Positions 29,001-37,488 of a stretch of DNA of 48,553 nt are shown one piece after another (position 1 is the first letter of the stretch; each line of letters starts with the position of its first letter). Origin of the DNA: a virus (lineage: Duplodnaviria; Caudoviricetes); the IMG/VR virus record IMGVR_UViG_3300010376_000048, positions 1 to 48,553 of that record; one strand, written 5' to 3'. A program made the translations under genes and the position numbers. The notes under the pieces were generated by a model, which was not told where the DNA came from, ran no database searches, and saw nothing but the letters and a program-made list of their open reading frames with translations.

Positions 29001-30888
29001 CATCCGTGCTGATGGCGAGAAGGGTGAATTGAGGAAGCTGAACCGCGGGCATCTTAGAGCCATAATGCAGCACATGGGCAACTCAAGCAACTTTAGGGAA
29101 CTGATTAGAACCCATATGCTTGAGGGCCTCGAAGATCAAGTAACGAAGTGGGTGCACGACAACGCGACCAAAGAGGACTGGAACTTCGTCTCTGGACAGG
29201 GGAAGATATTCAACCAGATCAAGAGGCTTGAGGACCGGCTGTATCGTCATATGGCTGGTATTGAGGCAGAGAGCATTCCCCTATGGGGAGTCTCGACGAA
29301 GTTCGGCAACTACAATGGCTGGTATCATCCCCTTAAGGTTGACGCCCTTCATGGTGGCGGTCAGGCAGCGGTTGGGGTGGCGAAGGACGTTCTAGAGGGT
29401 GAAGGCTTCATGAGGGCGACCACTAGGAACCCATATTTGCTCAGCAGGCGGGGGCTTGATGGTCCGGTTTCCTTGGAGCTTAGCGAGACCCCTTCGATAG
29501 TTCGGACTCGATTGCATGACCTGGCCTTTAGAGAGGCCATTACCGACGCGGCTAAGCTCTTCTACCATAAGGGGGTTAGGGAAGCGGTTAGGACCCGGTG
29601 GGGAGTAGCCTACGAGGAAATGCTGATTCCCTACCTGAAGGATGTGGCGAACTCTCATAACTTCAGGAGCGACGCTCAAGCGATAGGGCAGACGGCTTCG
29701 GAGTTCCTTCGGGCCAACCTCATTGGAACGTTGATTGGCTTCAACCCTGGAACCTTGCTTAAGCATGGAACTACCGCGCTGATCAACAGCATGTCGGAGG
29801 TTGGGCCCTTGAACTTCCTGAGGGAAATGAAGAACCTGTTTCAGGTCAACGCGGAGACCGGGGAGAACAACTGGAGTTTCGCGACGAATACTAGTGAGGA
29901 ACTGGGAAGAAGGATGCGCCATTACATCGAGACCCTTAGTGGCGGCCATGGGGCAGCGCTGGGGGAACTCCAGCCGATTGAAGCCTTGAAGATGGGGAAG
30001 CTCCCCTCGTACATGTCGCTTCGAGAGTCGGTGATTCGGATGGGCGCCTCACCGGTGGCTTATTCCGATCTGTTGTCGGCTGTGCCAACCTGGCTTGCGG
30101 AGTACAAAACCCAAATGGAAGCGGGGGAGCTTCATGGCACAGCGGTCTCTAGGGCCGACCGAGCGGTTCGCAGGGCTCATGGATCGAGCGCGGTTCCCAA
30201 CCGACCAGCGTTGATGCGCAGCCGTTCGGTGTTCTCTCAGTGGGTTACTTCGCTGTATGGGTTCTTCTCCCACATCTTGAACCGTCAGTATGAGATCGCG
30301 TGGAAGATGAGGGACTCAATTGGCGACATTAAGAACAAGGGCGACTGGTCAACTCTACAGAAGAATGGGAAGTTTATAGCCGGTGGTCTGCTGTCCTATG
30401 TGTTTCTTCCCGCGCTTGTTGAGGAATTGGTTACCCCGTTAACCAGGGATGATAGGGAGTCCTGGGGAAGCTGGGCTTGGAAAGGCCTGGCGAAGAACCT
30501 GTCATCTTCGTACCCAGGGGTTAGGGATGCCGCTGACTTCGTCCTTAGCCATCATCGTCGGGAGCCATCGGTCGGGTTGTTTAGCTCCGGATTTAAGGCC
30601 GGAACCGATGTGCTGAGTGATGTCCCAAGGGGCAAGGAGGCCTTCAACCGAGCCCATGCTGCGCAGACCCTGCAACATTTCGTGATGGTGACTGGGGCTG
30701 CAACGGGGCTAATGAACGCCCAAGAAGGTCGAACCGCAAGGTTCATAACGAACTACGCCCTCGGGCGAGAGCACCCCAGGCACCTTGATGAATGGGTCGA
30801 TGGGATTTGGGGAGGGACGGCCAAGATTCCATCGCAGAGGAAGCGGTGGAAATGGTTCAGGGGATTGATTCACGGAGTCGGTCTATGA
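26008..30888 (+). CDS. Large internal virion (ejection) protein, 1626 aa
   Basis: Size, helical composition and position as the third ejection gene; no catalytic motif recognised. Confidence 0.75.
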   Translation: MADYSEAIKTLTGQQNRSARMSVMDSVDANPDEAAESVAISNATGVPSTAVYGDFDEFNRNYRGHIGANVVEADPDLVSYINSHPLASKVSKGDLANLAEVSRSFNAMYPSAGQKSQSVMGEIIDQWQRVGAPRGQWMLQNPSDIEFWADHPQTYKSFALAGAPLESAARTMQALTETGGTLAGALYSAVTGDRTTGDWIRAHGADVLMDPGVQASLGPLGMLLPKRVMPLRMDVQPSLKVLTDHLKIGSPWVAAGEEPPPRIGPFWDYAKIQQAALDAANYDKISKNVKKSSTYKISPEMFQNFLRTKASGTIEIPVDAIRDLYGAEEEPHPQDGKLGWISDLKQQIDAVAPVRGYVTVAAQEWHAKVPKEVEEALKLDLLFRPEGLTENQAKVREKEIPKEVEEMAKEPVPVGEPAQPELPLGEPPTRSEVVGQKVANAIEMVERSAGLDKGLFAPERNRLAAIKKELTVWQRALDFGLTAKQAKKYIQRIAEQVDSDRQAQLNAVVADIELRKTAEWQKNEEKVREEVEGKFDARPDIAVDNLLREGILGDVKLGEVPKLDITKIPEELRKSIPKEYMSRDGFDPQDVGNHFGFSNARAMLERLAQLHEAGKRLRKKPDVYRKMLIDDEVERQMQSRYGKLDEQILMEAQDHVSSLGKIDIVADEVSALYKSIHGREAYPHELINEMPVGKSALRAWARESFGKLKHTDPAADLQRNLNLARQHGDQAELVTKEGAEPGLLEALRAKQSQQVSLYYAMEAKALAKRKTDMEKLGKRYYVREVEGRNQQFTNQIRNIMATLGLQLRGGMQAVGDLKAALAKDDHPNLKNFVEYHRSHLDELEVADFLQDPSQKPKTLSQLTVDEFKAVHDSIRSLDNSSRKLDKIIKEGEVSRVEDLAKRMAESLETFKYIPEEKLRSGWRKFKSTAWNSLLQMEALMHRWDRGDPDGVFTNYISTPLMEAANNYAALEKKFSGLFKALADKTDLKEQIDNPFFRIIRADGEKGELRKLNRGHLRAIMQHMGNSSNFRELIRTHMLEGLEDQVTKWVHDNATKEDWNFVSGQGKIFNQIKRLEDRLYRHMAGIEAESIPLWGVSTKFGNYNGWYHPLKVDALHGGGQAAVGVAKDVLEGEGFMRATTRNPYLLSRRGLDGPVSLELSETPSIVRTRLHDLAFREAITDAAKLFYHKGVREAVRTRWGVAYEEMLIPYLKDVANSHNFRSDAQAIGQTASEFLRANLIGTLIGFNPGTLLKHGTTALINSMSEVGPLNFLREMKNLFQVNAETGENNWSFATNTSEELGRRMRHYIETLSGGHGAALGELQPIEALKMGKLPSYMSLRESVIRMGASPVAYSDLLSAVPTWLAEYKTQMEAGELHGTAVSRADRAVRRAHGSSAVPNRPALMRSRSVFSQWVTSLYGFFSHILNRQYEIAWKMRDSIGDIKNKGDWSTLQKNGKFIAGGLLSYVFLPALVEELVTPLTRDDRESWGSWAWKGLAKNLSSSYPGVRDAADFVLSHHRREPSVGLFSSGFKAGTDVLSDVPRGKEAFNRAHAAQTLQHFVMVTGAATGLMNAQEGRTARFITNYALGREHPRHLDEWVDGIWGGTAKIPSQRKRWKWFRGLIHGVGL

Positions 30889-30898
30889 CGCCTCTTGA

Positions 30899-31144
30899 GT
30901 GGCTGATCGTCCTTATCATCTTCGTCATCTTGGAGCACTGGCCTTGACCGAGGAACAGACCAGGACGCTGATTGCCCTCTTAGCGCTGGCCGGGTTCTAC
31001 GGCCTCATGCTGATCGTGCTGTTGGGATTCGTGAACGTGGGGTCGCCTGAGATGTCGAAGCTGGTTGGTCTGTTCTTTGGCTACGCGATGGCGCTGATGA
31101 ACCCGATCATCGTTAGGTACTTCAAGAACAGGAGGGAAGAATGA
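30899..31144 (+). CDS. Probable holin (two TM helices)
   Basis: Two hydrophobic segments, YF + charged C-terminus; overlaps endolysin start. Confidence 0.7.
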   Translation: MADRPYHLRHLGALALTEEQTRTLIALLALAGFYGLMLIVLLGFVNVGSPEMSKLVGLFFGYAMALMNPIIVRYFKNRREE

Positions 31145-32091
31145 AATTCGCCATATCCAGTGGCCACGGGAAGTACGTCCGTGGAGCTAAGGGCCTGATC
31201 GATGAGGTTGACGAGGCTCGAAGGGTGGTACCGGCGGTGGCTGGCTTCCTTCGCCATGCTGGCCATCAGGTGGTGACGTTCAATGACGATACCTCGACGA
31301 GCCAGAACCAGAACCTCCAGACGATTGTGAACTGGCACAACTCTCAAACTAGGGACTTTGACGCTAGCGTCCACTTCAATGCCTACATCCCGACCAGCGC
31401 GGGCCGAGGTTGCGAAGTCCTCTACGTCACCCAAGGGGATATCGCAGCGAAGGTTTCCTCCGCTATGTCCGCAGCGGGCGACCTGATCGATCGAGGGCCG
31501 AAGAAGAGGACCGATCTCTACTTCCTGAACAAGACGAACAAGCCCGCGATCCTGCTTGAAGTTTGCTTCGTCGACGCGGCTCAGGATGTCGAACACTATC
31601 AGCTGAACTTCGACAAGATTTGCAAGGCAATTGCGGATGTCGCGGGAACCAGCAATAACGAAGAACCGGCACCACCGCCTCTCGGGGTGTCCGCGTTGCT
31701 CACCGCGAAGGGGAAATGTTCATGGTTCGGAGGACCGAATGACAAGGGAGTCACGCCAAGCGAGGGCCTGGCCTTCATCTATAAGTACGAGGACCGACCA
31801 GACCTATTCTTGGCTAAGCAGCCGCCTAATACAACCGGTCTGGCTCGTCGCCTCAATCCTGACGTTTTGTATATTGCTTGTCGATGGGACTATTCGAAGA
31901 CTCCGAAGTCGATGCTCGCGGACAAGGCGATACAGGCCTTGGTGAAGGCGAAGGGGAAGGAACTCTTGGCTTGGCCAGCGGACTGGGGGCCAAACCAATC
32001 AACCGGACGGGTCGCTGACTTGAGCCCTGGGTTGATGAAAGCCTTGGGAGTATCGACCGATGACAGCGTTGAGGTTAGGTACCCTAGCTAG
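31141..32091 (+). CDS. Endolysin: N-acetylmuramoyl-L-alanine amidase (Amidase_3) + C-terminal RlpA-like DPBB domain
   Basis: ISSGHG, E, SVHFNA, PAILLEVCFVD amidase motifs; C-terminal SWFGG...DWGP...RVADLSPGLMKALG. Confidence 0.88.
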   Translation: MKFAISSGHGKYVRGAKGLIDEVDEARRVVPAVAGFLRHAGHQVVTFNDDTSTSQNQNLQTIVNWHNSQTRDFDASVHFNAYIPTSAGRGCEVLYVTQGDIAAKVSSAMSAAGDLIDRGPKKRTDLYFLNKTNKPAILLEVCFVDAAQDVEHYQLNFDKICKAIADVAGTSNNEEPAPPPLGVSALLTAKGKCSWFGGPNDKGVTPSEGLAFIYKYEDRPDLFLAKQPPNTTGLARRLNPDVLYIACRWDYSKTPKSMLADKAIQALVKAKGKELLAWPADWGPNQSTGRVADLSPGLMKALGVSTDDSVEVRYPS

Positions 32092-32395
32092 TCTGACGAT
32101 AGCTTCCACCATGGCCATTGTCATCATGTGGGCAATGGTGCCTGACATCAGTGGGGAGACGTTGTTGCCACCAGCCTCCCCTTCGCCCTTCGATGACCGT
32201 ATAGCTGCGCTGGAGCGTGCCGCGCTCGACGATGCCTTTCGCCAGCAGGTTGCCCATCTCTATCTGACCTGGATGAAGGATTCAACTGAACAACCCCAGC
32301 GAGCAGTGGCTGGGGAAAGGAGGGCTCGTAAGGCCTATATTGACGCTATGGCTGGGATTGAGGAACGTGAACGTAGGTTTCATCAGCAACACTAG
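32060..32395 (+). CDS. Membrane-anchored helical protein, possible spanin-like lysis accessory
   Basis: N-terminal hydrophobic segment then alpha-helical region; follows endolysin. Confidence 0.5.
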   Translation: MTALRLGTLASLTIASTMAIVIMWAMVPDISGETLLPPASPSPFDDRIAALERAALDDAFRQQVAHLYLTWMKDSTEQPQRAVAGERRARKAYIDAMAGIEERERRFHQQH

Positions 32396-32404
32396 GAGGA
32401 AGTC

Positions 32405-32641
32405 ATGATCGTACTTATCACTGATGACGGTTGGACTCTTGCGGTAGCTGCATGGTCGCTCGGTGGCGATCCAGGACACCCTGACAGGACGTTCTTGAGC
32501 TACTTCTGGGGCCAGAATGGCACGAGCCAGGCTTGGAGCGTAACGCTCTACAAGCCGGTGCAGGATGTGATGGACTTGCTTATCAACACCGCTGCTGAGG
32601 GCATCTGTGATCTGCGCCCATTGCAAATCGCGCCATCGTGA
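32405..32641 (+). CDS. Hypothetical protein
   Basis: AGGAGG SD. Confidence 0.65.
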   Translation: MIVLITDDGWTLAVAAWSLGGDPGHPDRTFLSYFWGQNGTSQAWSVTLYKPVQDVMDLLINTAAEGICDLRPLQIAPS

Positions 32642-32877
32642 GGTGGCGGCTCGCCATTCTTCTGCTGCTTGTCTTCCCAACTCGGGTGGCTGATAGCCAG
32701 TTGGGGCAGATTGAACTTGATTCGACCAACACCCTGAAGTGCCACCCGGCTTGGAAGTGTCCACCTCCTCCGCCACCGCCACCACCCCCACCCCCACCAC
32801 CTACAACGAGTTACCTTCTAGACAGCGCTGGCAACATCCTGACCACAAATGCTGGCGATCGGCTGCTAGCGGATTAG
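32638..32877 (+). CDS. Small secreted-type protein with a P14 tract
   Basis: Signal peptide ending ADS-Q, C-x5-C, 14 consecutive Pro in mixed codons, YLLDSAGNILTTNAGDRL tail. Confidence 0.6.
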   Translation: MRWRLAILLLLVFPTRVADSQLGQIELDSTNTLKCHPAWKCPPPPPPPPPPPPPPTTSYLLDSAGNILTTNAGDRLLAD

Positions 32878-34091
32878 GGCTTGGGGAGGGCCTTGAAGAA
32901 CCGGGTGTTGGTCTTCTTGTCGATGCCAGTCACCGCGATGTCGCCTGAGCGTTCCATGACCCCAAGTACATGACCAATTGAGTTGAGCGGCACCCGTTGT
33001 CGCGCATACCGAACAATCTTGTGTTCTGATACTACACCCCTGACAGCTTGTTCGGTCAGCATGAAGTAATAGATCTCATCGATTGCTTTGGCGTCAGCTC
33101 CGGGGGCTCCGGTGTGGAATATCTCGGGGATCATAAGCTCTGCATCTACTAACCAGCTGAGGGCTTGGTCGAAATCCGCTTTGGTAAGAACGAGATCATT
33201 ACCTCTATTGACTGCCGAAACCATAGACAGCTTGTATAAATGTGTCCTTCTTCTGGTGTTGTAGTGGGCAAGCTTAGGGTGGTCAGGTACGGGCGCTTGC
33301 CCGGCTGTCTGCCAGTTCCTAATACAATCCTGGTAACTTTGTGTGGCCGTAAACTGCCCGACGAGGGAGTTGATGATTCTGAGGTCATGGATTAGGTCCG
33401 TTGGTGATGGGCGATTGCGGTCGGCAAAGTCGTCAACGTCAATGGCGTCGGCTGAGAACACCAAAATAAGCCTGGAGGTGAAGCCTTGTTCCCAAGCAAT
33501 CTCGGGGACGAACTTCATCAGGTTGGTTGGGGTGGCTCCAGCGATGATGCTTAGTTGTGGCTTCTCTATCTTGATCCTGATGTCCTTGATCCTTCGGGCC
33601 TGGGAGTAGGGCTCGCAGTCGTAGAACTTCGTGAGGCCGGGGATTAGTTCTGGATCGTACTCGTGCATGAACGCGCCAAGCTCGTCGGCAACTATGTACA
33701 TTGAGTTGTAGTCTAGACCACCATACGGAGGGGTGGGGATGACGCGCTTCGACTCAACGAGGGAGTCAACGAGGGAAGCCATGGTCATTGAGGTTGGGGC
33801 GTAAGGCATTTCGATGGCTTCCCCAAGCCTCATTGCGGCCATGATCGATCTGGTTTTGCCGATGCCCGGTCTGCCGACCATATAGACGTATAGGTTAGGA
33901 TACAGGTTTGAAGATGTATGTATCCAGACTTTCTGCTCCAACGTCGCCCCGAGCATTGATATCGCAGACCATCGTCTAAAGATTTCAGCCGAACCCAAGT
34001 CTTCCGTGTGTTCTATAAACCGGTCGATCCAAGAGTCCAACTTCCTTCTCCCGATGCCGTTTGTCGCTGGGTACGTAGTCCTTAAGGCCAT
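32874..34091 (-). CDS. AAA+ P-loop NTPase (DUF3987/MCM-like), probable replicative helicase
   Basis: Walker A GRPGIGKT, Walker B YIVADE, IIAGATP, GFTSRL Arg finger, C-terminal winged-helix-like segment. Confidence 0.75.
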   Translation of the reverse strand: MALRTTYPATNGIGRRKLDSWIDRFIEHTEDLGSAEIFRRWSAISMLGATLEQKVWIHTSSNLYPNLYVYMVGRPGIGKTRSIMAAMRLGEAIEMPYAPTSMTMASLVDSLVESKRVIPTPPYGGLDYNSMYIVADELGAFMHEYDPELIPGLTKFYDCEPYSQARRIKDIRIKIEKPQLSIIAGATPTNLMKFVPEIAWEQGFTSRLILVFSADAIDVDDFADRNRPSPTDLIHDLRIINSLVGQFTATQSYQDCIRNWQTAGQAPVPDHPKLAHYNTRRRTHLYKLSMVSAVNRGNDLVLTKADFDQALSWLVDAELMIPEIFHTGAPGADAKAIDEIYYFMLTEQAVRGVVSEHKIVRYARQRVPLNSIGHVLGVMERSGDIAVTGIDKKTNTRFFKALPKP

Positions 34092-35496
34092 TTGGGTTTT
34101 CCTTCGACCAGTCACCCTTGTTCCATCCGACCTTACAATCGTAGGGAATGGTTAGGCTTCGGCCATGAGCCAGGGGGACTTCATAGCGTAGCTGCTCAAG
34201 AATTCTAGGAACGATCTCATCTTCCTTTTCCTCCGGGTACTGAACTGTGATTGCGTCGTGGTCGTGCATGTACAGGGCTGCTGTTCGTTGGTGAAATACA
34301 TTGAGCATGCCGTGGTTGACGATGTCCGCAAGGGACCCTTGGGGATCGTAAGCAATAGCCTTGCGAAGCGTTTCTTGATCGTCCCTACGGCCAAAGAACC
34401 AGCGCTTCCTGCCAGTCAAGTTAACGAGCCATCCTTTCTGTTTGATTTGGGTTTCGACCCAGGCGTGCCATCGGAGGTGCGCTGGGTAGGCCCGGAAGTA
34501 TTTGATTTGGAATTCTTCAACAGGCCATACCTCGACCTTCGCTTGTTGCGCAAGGGTCGAAGGCTGACCCGCGTAATTTGAACCATGGCCAATCTTCTTC
34601 GCCATAAACCTTCGCGAATGACCACGGTAGTAGGGCTCCTCAGCAAGAGCCTTATCCCTGTTGAGATCACCAGTCCAAGGTAGATTGGGCCAGCACTGGC
34701 GGGTAGTTGCAGTGTGAATATCCCCGGTTTCACACGCGTCAAGATATCTACCGTCTTTGAAGAGGTTCCACTCGGTTGCTCCCACACAATAGCTTTCTCC
34801 TTGCTTGGCGTCAAACTTCGCCAGCTTCATTCCTTTGTCCGCGATGAAGATCGACCGAAGGCTTTCTTCGACATTTTGGAGATTTCCTCCCGTACCAAAC
34901 TCTGAAAGGCTGCTGCTAAATCTACCAGTGTTAGTTCCAGCAATGTTGTATGAGGTTCTAATTCGACCGTCAGGATCAATCTCCGTTTGGAGGACGGAGA
35001 TCTTCTTGCCAAGGTCAGCAATTCGGTTAATATGTGAAATAAATGGCCGCGCGATGAGGTAAGCTTCCATCTTCTCTCGTGCGTTTCGGTCGGTGGTCGG
35101 TCTCCCCCATTTTCGAATAACTGGAATTTTAAGATAATCATAGAACAACTCCTGTAGGTCCTTGTAGCTGCGCCAGTTGAAGCCATGGAACCCCACACCA
35201 TCGGCCACGAGCCTGTAGAGTTGGCCCTCAAGTTTGGTGATTCGGCTTTCGAATTCCCCAATGACCTGCTGCCTTCTGGCTAGATCGATTTTAACGCCAC
35301 GTAGGCGCATCTCTAAGACCGGGCCCTGTAGAGCCCTGGAGAAGGCGTAGGTTGCCGAGGTGTGCTCGCTAAGCTGTGGAAGCAGGACTTCGAGGACCTC
35401 GGTGGTGACGCAGGCATCGAGGCCGTTGTAGACCTGACTCCGTTCCCATGGTCGAAGGGATTTGGGTTCAACTTGGTCAGTGTGGATGATCTTCAT
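33985..35496 (-). CDS. polA: DNA polymerase family A, polymerase subunit carrying only the Exo III motif
   Basis: YNGLD (Exo III), TNTGRFSS, NLQN, motif A DAKQGE, motif B R.MAKKIGHGSNY, motif C HDA. Confidence 0.92.
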   Translation of the reverse strand: MKIIHTDQVEPKSLRPWERSQVYNGLDACVTTEVLEVLLPQLSEHTSATYAFSRALQGPVLEMRLRGVKIDLARRQQVIGEFESRITKLEGQLYRLVADGVGFHGFNWRSYKDLQELFYDYLKIPVIRKWGRPTTDRNAREKMEAYLIARPFISHINRIADLGKKISVLQTEIDPDGRIRTSYNIAGTNTGRFSSSLSEFGTGGNLQNVEESLRSIFIADKGMKLAKFDAKQGESYCVGATEWNLFKDGRYLDACETGDIHTATTRQCWPNLPWTGDLNRDKALAEEPYYRGHSRRFMAKKIGHGSNYAGQPSTLAQQAKVEVWPVEEFQIKYFRAYPAHLRWHAWVETQIKQKGWLVNLTGRKRWFFGRRDDQETLRKAIAYDPQGSLADIVNHGMLNVFHQRTAALYMHDHDAITVQYPEEKEDEIVPRILEQLRYEVPLAHGRSLTIPYDCKVGWNKGDWSKENPNGLKDYVPSDKRHREKEVGLLDRPVYRTHGRLGFG

Positions 35497-36065
35497 TTCC
35501 AAACACCATTCTTATTGATCGGTTGTTTGGTATCTGGCGTCCAGGTATCGGCTCTGCCATCACTATGCTCCTTGCACCATTGTCGTAGATATTCCTGGAC
35601 ACCTTTGAACCATGCTTCTTGTGCAGTTGTCACCAAGTTCATTGTGCTGTACTTGCCGGTTTGAGCGTCCCGCATGTACTCTTTAATTTCGCCTGTTGCC
35701 CTTGCCATCGGCAAATACAGCCAAGCTGGTGTAATACATATCGATAGCTTGTCCGCTACGCATAGCCTAGAGAATTGCACCCCGTGTCGCTTGGCTAGAA
35801 ACCTCGAATGATATAGGCAGAAGTCATGCCAGGTCTTTCCAAAGAGTGCCCCCATAATTTTAGCGCCGATGTATGGATGTAATTCACCTTCTGGTCCATC
35901 CATATTGGGCTTGCCGATATATCCGATATCATGTACGAAGAACGCTACCCATAACCTCGGGTCCCATGGAAATCCGTACAGTTTCCACCAAGCTCCTGCA
36001 ACGAACCATGGGTGTATAGCAAATTGGTGGGCTCCGAATAATACACTCTTTGTTCCGACTTTCAT
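35493..36065 (-). CDS. HD-superfamily phosphohydrolase inserted between the polymerase halves
   Basis: H...HD...H...H...AD metal motif (HP, VHDIG, LHP, YHS, VADKL); TAATG and ATGA coupling; looks more AT-rich than neighbours. Confidence 0.75.
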   Translation of the reverse strand: MKVGTKSVLFGAHQFAIHPWFVAGAWWKLYGFPWDPRLWVAFFVHDIGYIGKPNMDGPEGELHPYIGAKIMGALFGKTWHDFCLYHSRFLAKRHGVQFSRLCVADKLSICITPAWLYLPMARATGEIKEYMRDAQTGKYSTMNLVTTAQEAWFKGVQEYLRQWCKEHSDGRADTWTPDTKQPINKNGVWK

Positions 36066-37084
36066 TAGTCATCCCTCTTAATCGTCGCCTGATGGCGTAG
36101 CTGCTTCCACGGCCCCTCGTCGGTGTACACCGACCCGAGGAAGCCTAGGCCCTTCAAGCTTTCGGGTTGAAGCGCATGGTGAAGGAGCATTGTGTCATGC
36201 TCCGCGTTGATCGTCTTTATCTTGTAGGCTCGCCAGAGGAAGGCGATGTCGTAGAGGCCGTTTTGGAAAGTTTTTGTAGGACGCTCGCGCGAACAAACAT
36301 CGGACACAAATCGCCAAGCATCCTTTTCGTCTCGTAGAGTAGGCCAATAAGATCGACTAGCCTTTCGCGCGTCAAAGAATGGGACAACGAGTGCGCAGTT
36401 AGGGTTGGGGCTAAAGCCAATGCATGTAACTTGGTTTCCAGCTGTTTCAATGTCAACTCCAAGTCGGTCAGCTGGAGTGATGTATCTTTGGTCAAATTCA
36501 TAGAGGTCCTCCAGGGTTGGTTCGATCCATATCTCTCGTTTGGGTCTGCGGATGTCGGGGTAGGCACTCTCGCGTTTGGCCTTGATCAGGTCTGCGATGA
36601 CGATGGGCCGGTCGGACCAGTTTCTAAGCACGTACGCTGGATGATACGTAGGGAGAAGCTTGTATCCGGCAACCGTATGGCTTGAAATAGTAGTAGTTCC
36701 CCGGAGTTTACTAATTCCAGTTGTACCGCACAAGGCCCAGATAGCTGTATTGCCGAGAGCGACGATGAGGTTGGGGTTGACTTCGGTGAGTTCATCTGCG
36801 AGCCTTTCCAGTTCTTTCCGGTACTCTTCATGGATGTATCCACCTTCGAGCTTAGGCCAGCCCTTCAAGGAAGGGTAGCCGTGGAGGGTTGAGAGGTCGT
36901 TCTTTTTCTTCGGGGTGTCCCCAGGCTTCAGGTTGAACACGTTGGTGAGATAGCAGTCGGCTCGATGGATGCCGGCTTCCTGGAGCATGAGGGTTAGGTG
37001 CCAGCCTGAGGCCCCGACGAACGGGGTTCGTTGACGAAGTTCCTCTTCGCCCCAGGCTTCACCGAGGATCAAGATGTCAGTCAT
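36065..37084 (-). CDS. UDG family 4-like domain fused to the N-terminal part of the PolA 3'-5' exonuclease
   Basis: LGEAWG, PFVGASG, YLTNV, TYHPAYVLR (UDG); DIET (Exo I), QNGLYD (Exo II), HDTML. Confidence 0.88.
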   Translation of the reverse strand: MTDILILGEAWGEEELRQRTPFVGASGWHLTLMLQEAGIHRADCYLTNVFNLKPGDTPKKKNDLSTLHGYPSLKGWPKLEGGYIHEEYRKELERLADELTEVNPNLIVALGNTAIWALCGTTGISKLRGTTTISSHTVAGYKLLPTYHPAYVLRNWSDRPIVIADLIKAKRESAYPDIRRPKREIWIEPTLEDLYEFDQRYITPADRLGVDIETAGNQVTCIGFSPNPNCALVVPFFDARKASRSYWPTLRDEKDAWRFVSDVCSRERPTKTFQNGLYDIAFLWRAYKIKTINAEHDTMLLHHALQPESLKGLGFLGSVYTDEGPWKQLRHQATIKRDD

Positions 37085-37343
37085 CTTTCACCCTATTCGC
37101 GACCAGCTTTGCATAGCCAGCGATGTCGTCCCAATGATCCTTGTGGTTAGGGTTGCCAGCGAGAATTCGTCCGATCTTGTGCTGGATCATTTCAAGGGCT
37201 TCCTTCTGTATGGCCGTTAGCTTGTTCCAACTTACAGCCCCCTGTTGCATTTGGTCCTTTAAGCTTTGAGTGATCCTCGCGTGATCAGTGAAGTCTCCGT
37301 GCACCTTAATGCGCTCGTTGAGGATTTCTTCAGTGGTAGGCAT
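37077..37343 (-). CDS. DUF6378-like protein
   Basis: IL.ER...HGDF, EALEMI.HKIGRIL.G.PNH.DHW.DIAGYA.L pattern; AGGAGG SD. Confidence 0.8.
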   Translation of the reverse strand: MPTTEEILNERIKVHGDFTDHARITQSLKDQMQQGAVSWNKLTAIQKEALEMIQHKIGRILAGNPNHKDHWDDIAGYAKLVANRVKDD

Positions 37344-37357
37344 TGGTTCCTCCTGTT

Positions 37358-37488
37358 GGCCCATCAGCCCTACGATCCCCGCGGGCCTCCGGGATTTGAC
37401 GTGGCGGGGCGCACGCTAGCCCCAATGTAAACCTATGTTACCATAGGCTTTTCCCTCCTAGGAAGGGAGTGGTCAGCACATTGGGCTA
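37358..37488 (-). ncRNA. Candidate structured RNA (three-way junction plus kissing-loop/pseudoknot domain)
   Basis: Intergenic; minus strand folds P1 UAGCCCAAUGU/ACAUUGGGGCUA, P2 UCCCUUC/GGAGGGA, P3 AAGCCUAUG(GUAA)CAUAGGUUU; then loop CCCCGC complementary to GCGGGG. Confidence 0.5.

Noticed and set aside
32638-32877. o-spanin call for the Pro-rich protein
   Set aside because: No lipobox cysteine at the end of the signal peptide
35493-36065. Group I intron or intein interrupting the polymerase
   Set aside because: The insert is entirely an ORF coupled by overlapping start/stop codons, with no room for ribozyme structure and no homing-endonuclease or intein motifs
35493-36065. DatZ / Z-genome (2-aminoadenine) system
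   Set aside because: An HD gene beside polA is suggestive, but no purZ or mazZ-like gene is visible in this apparently complete genome
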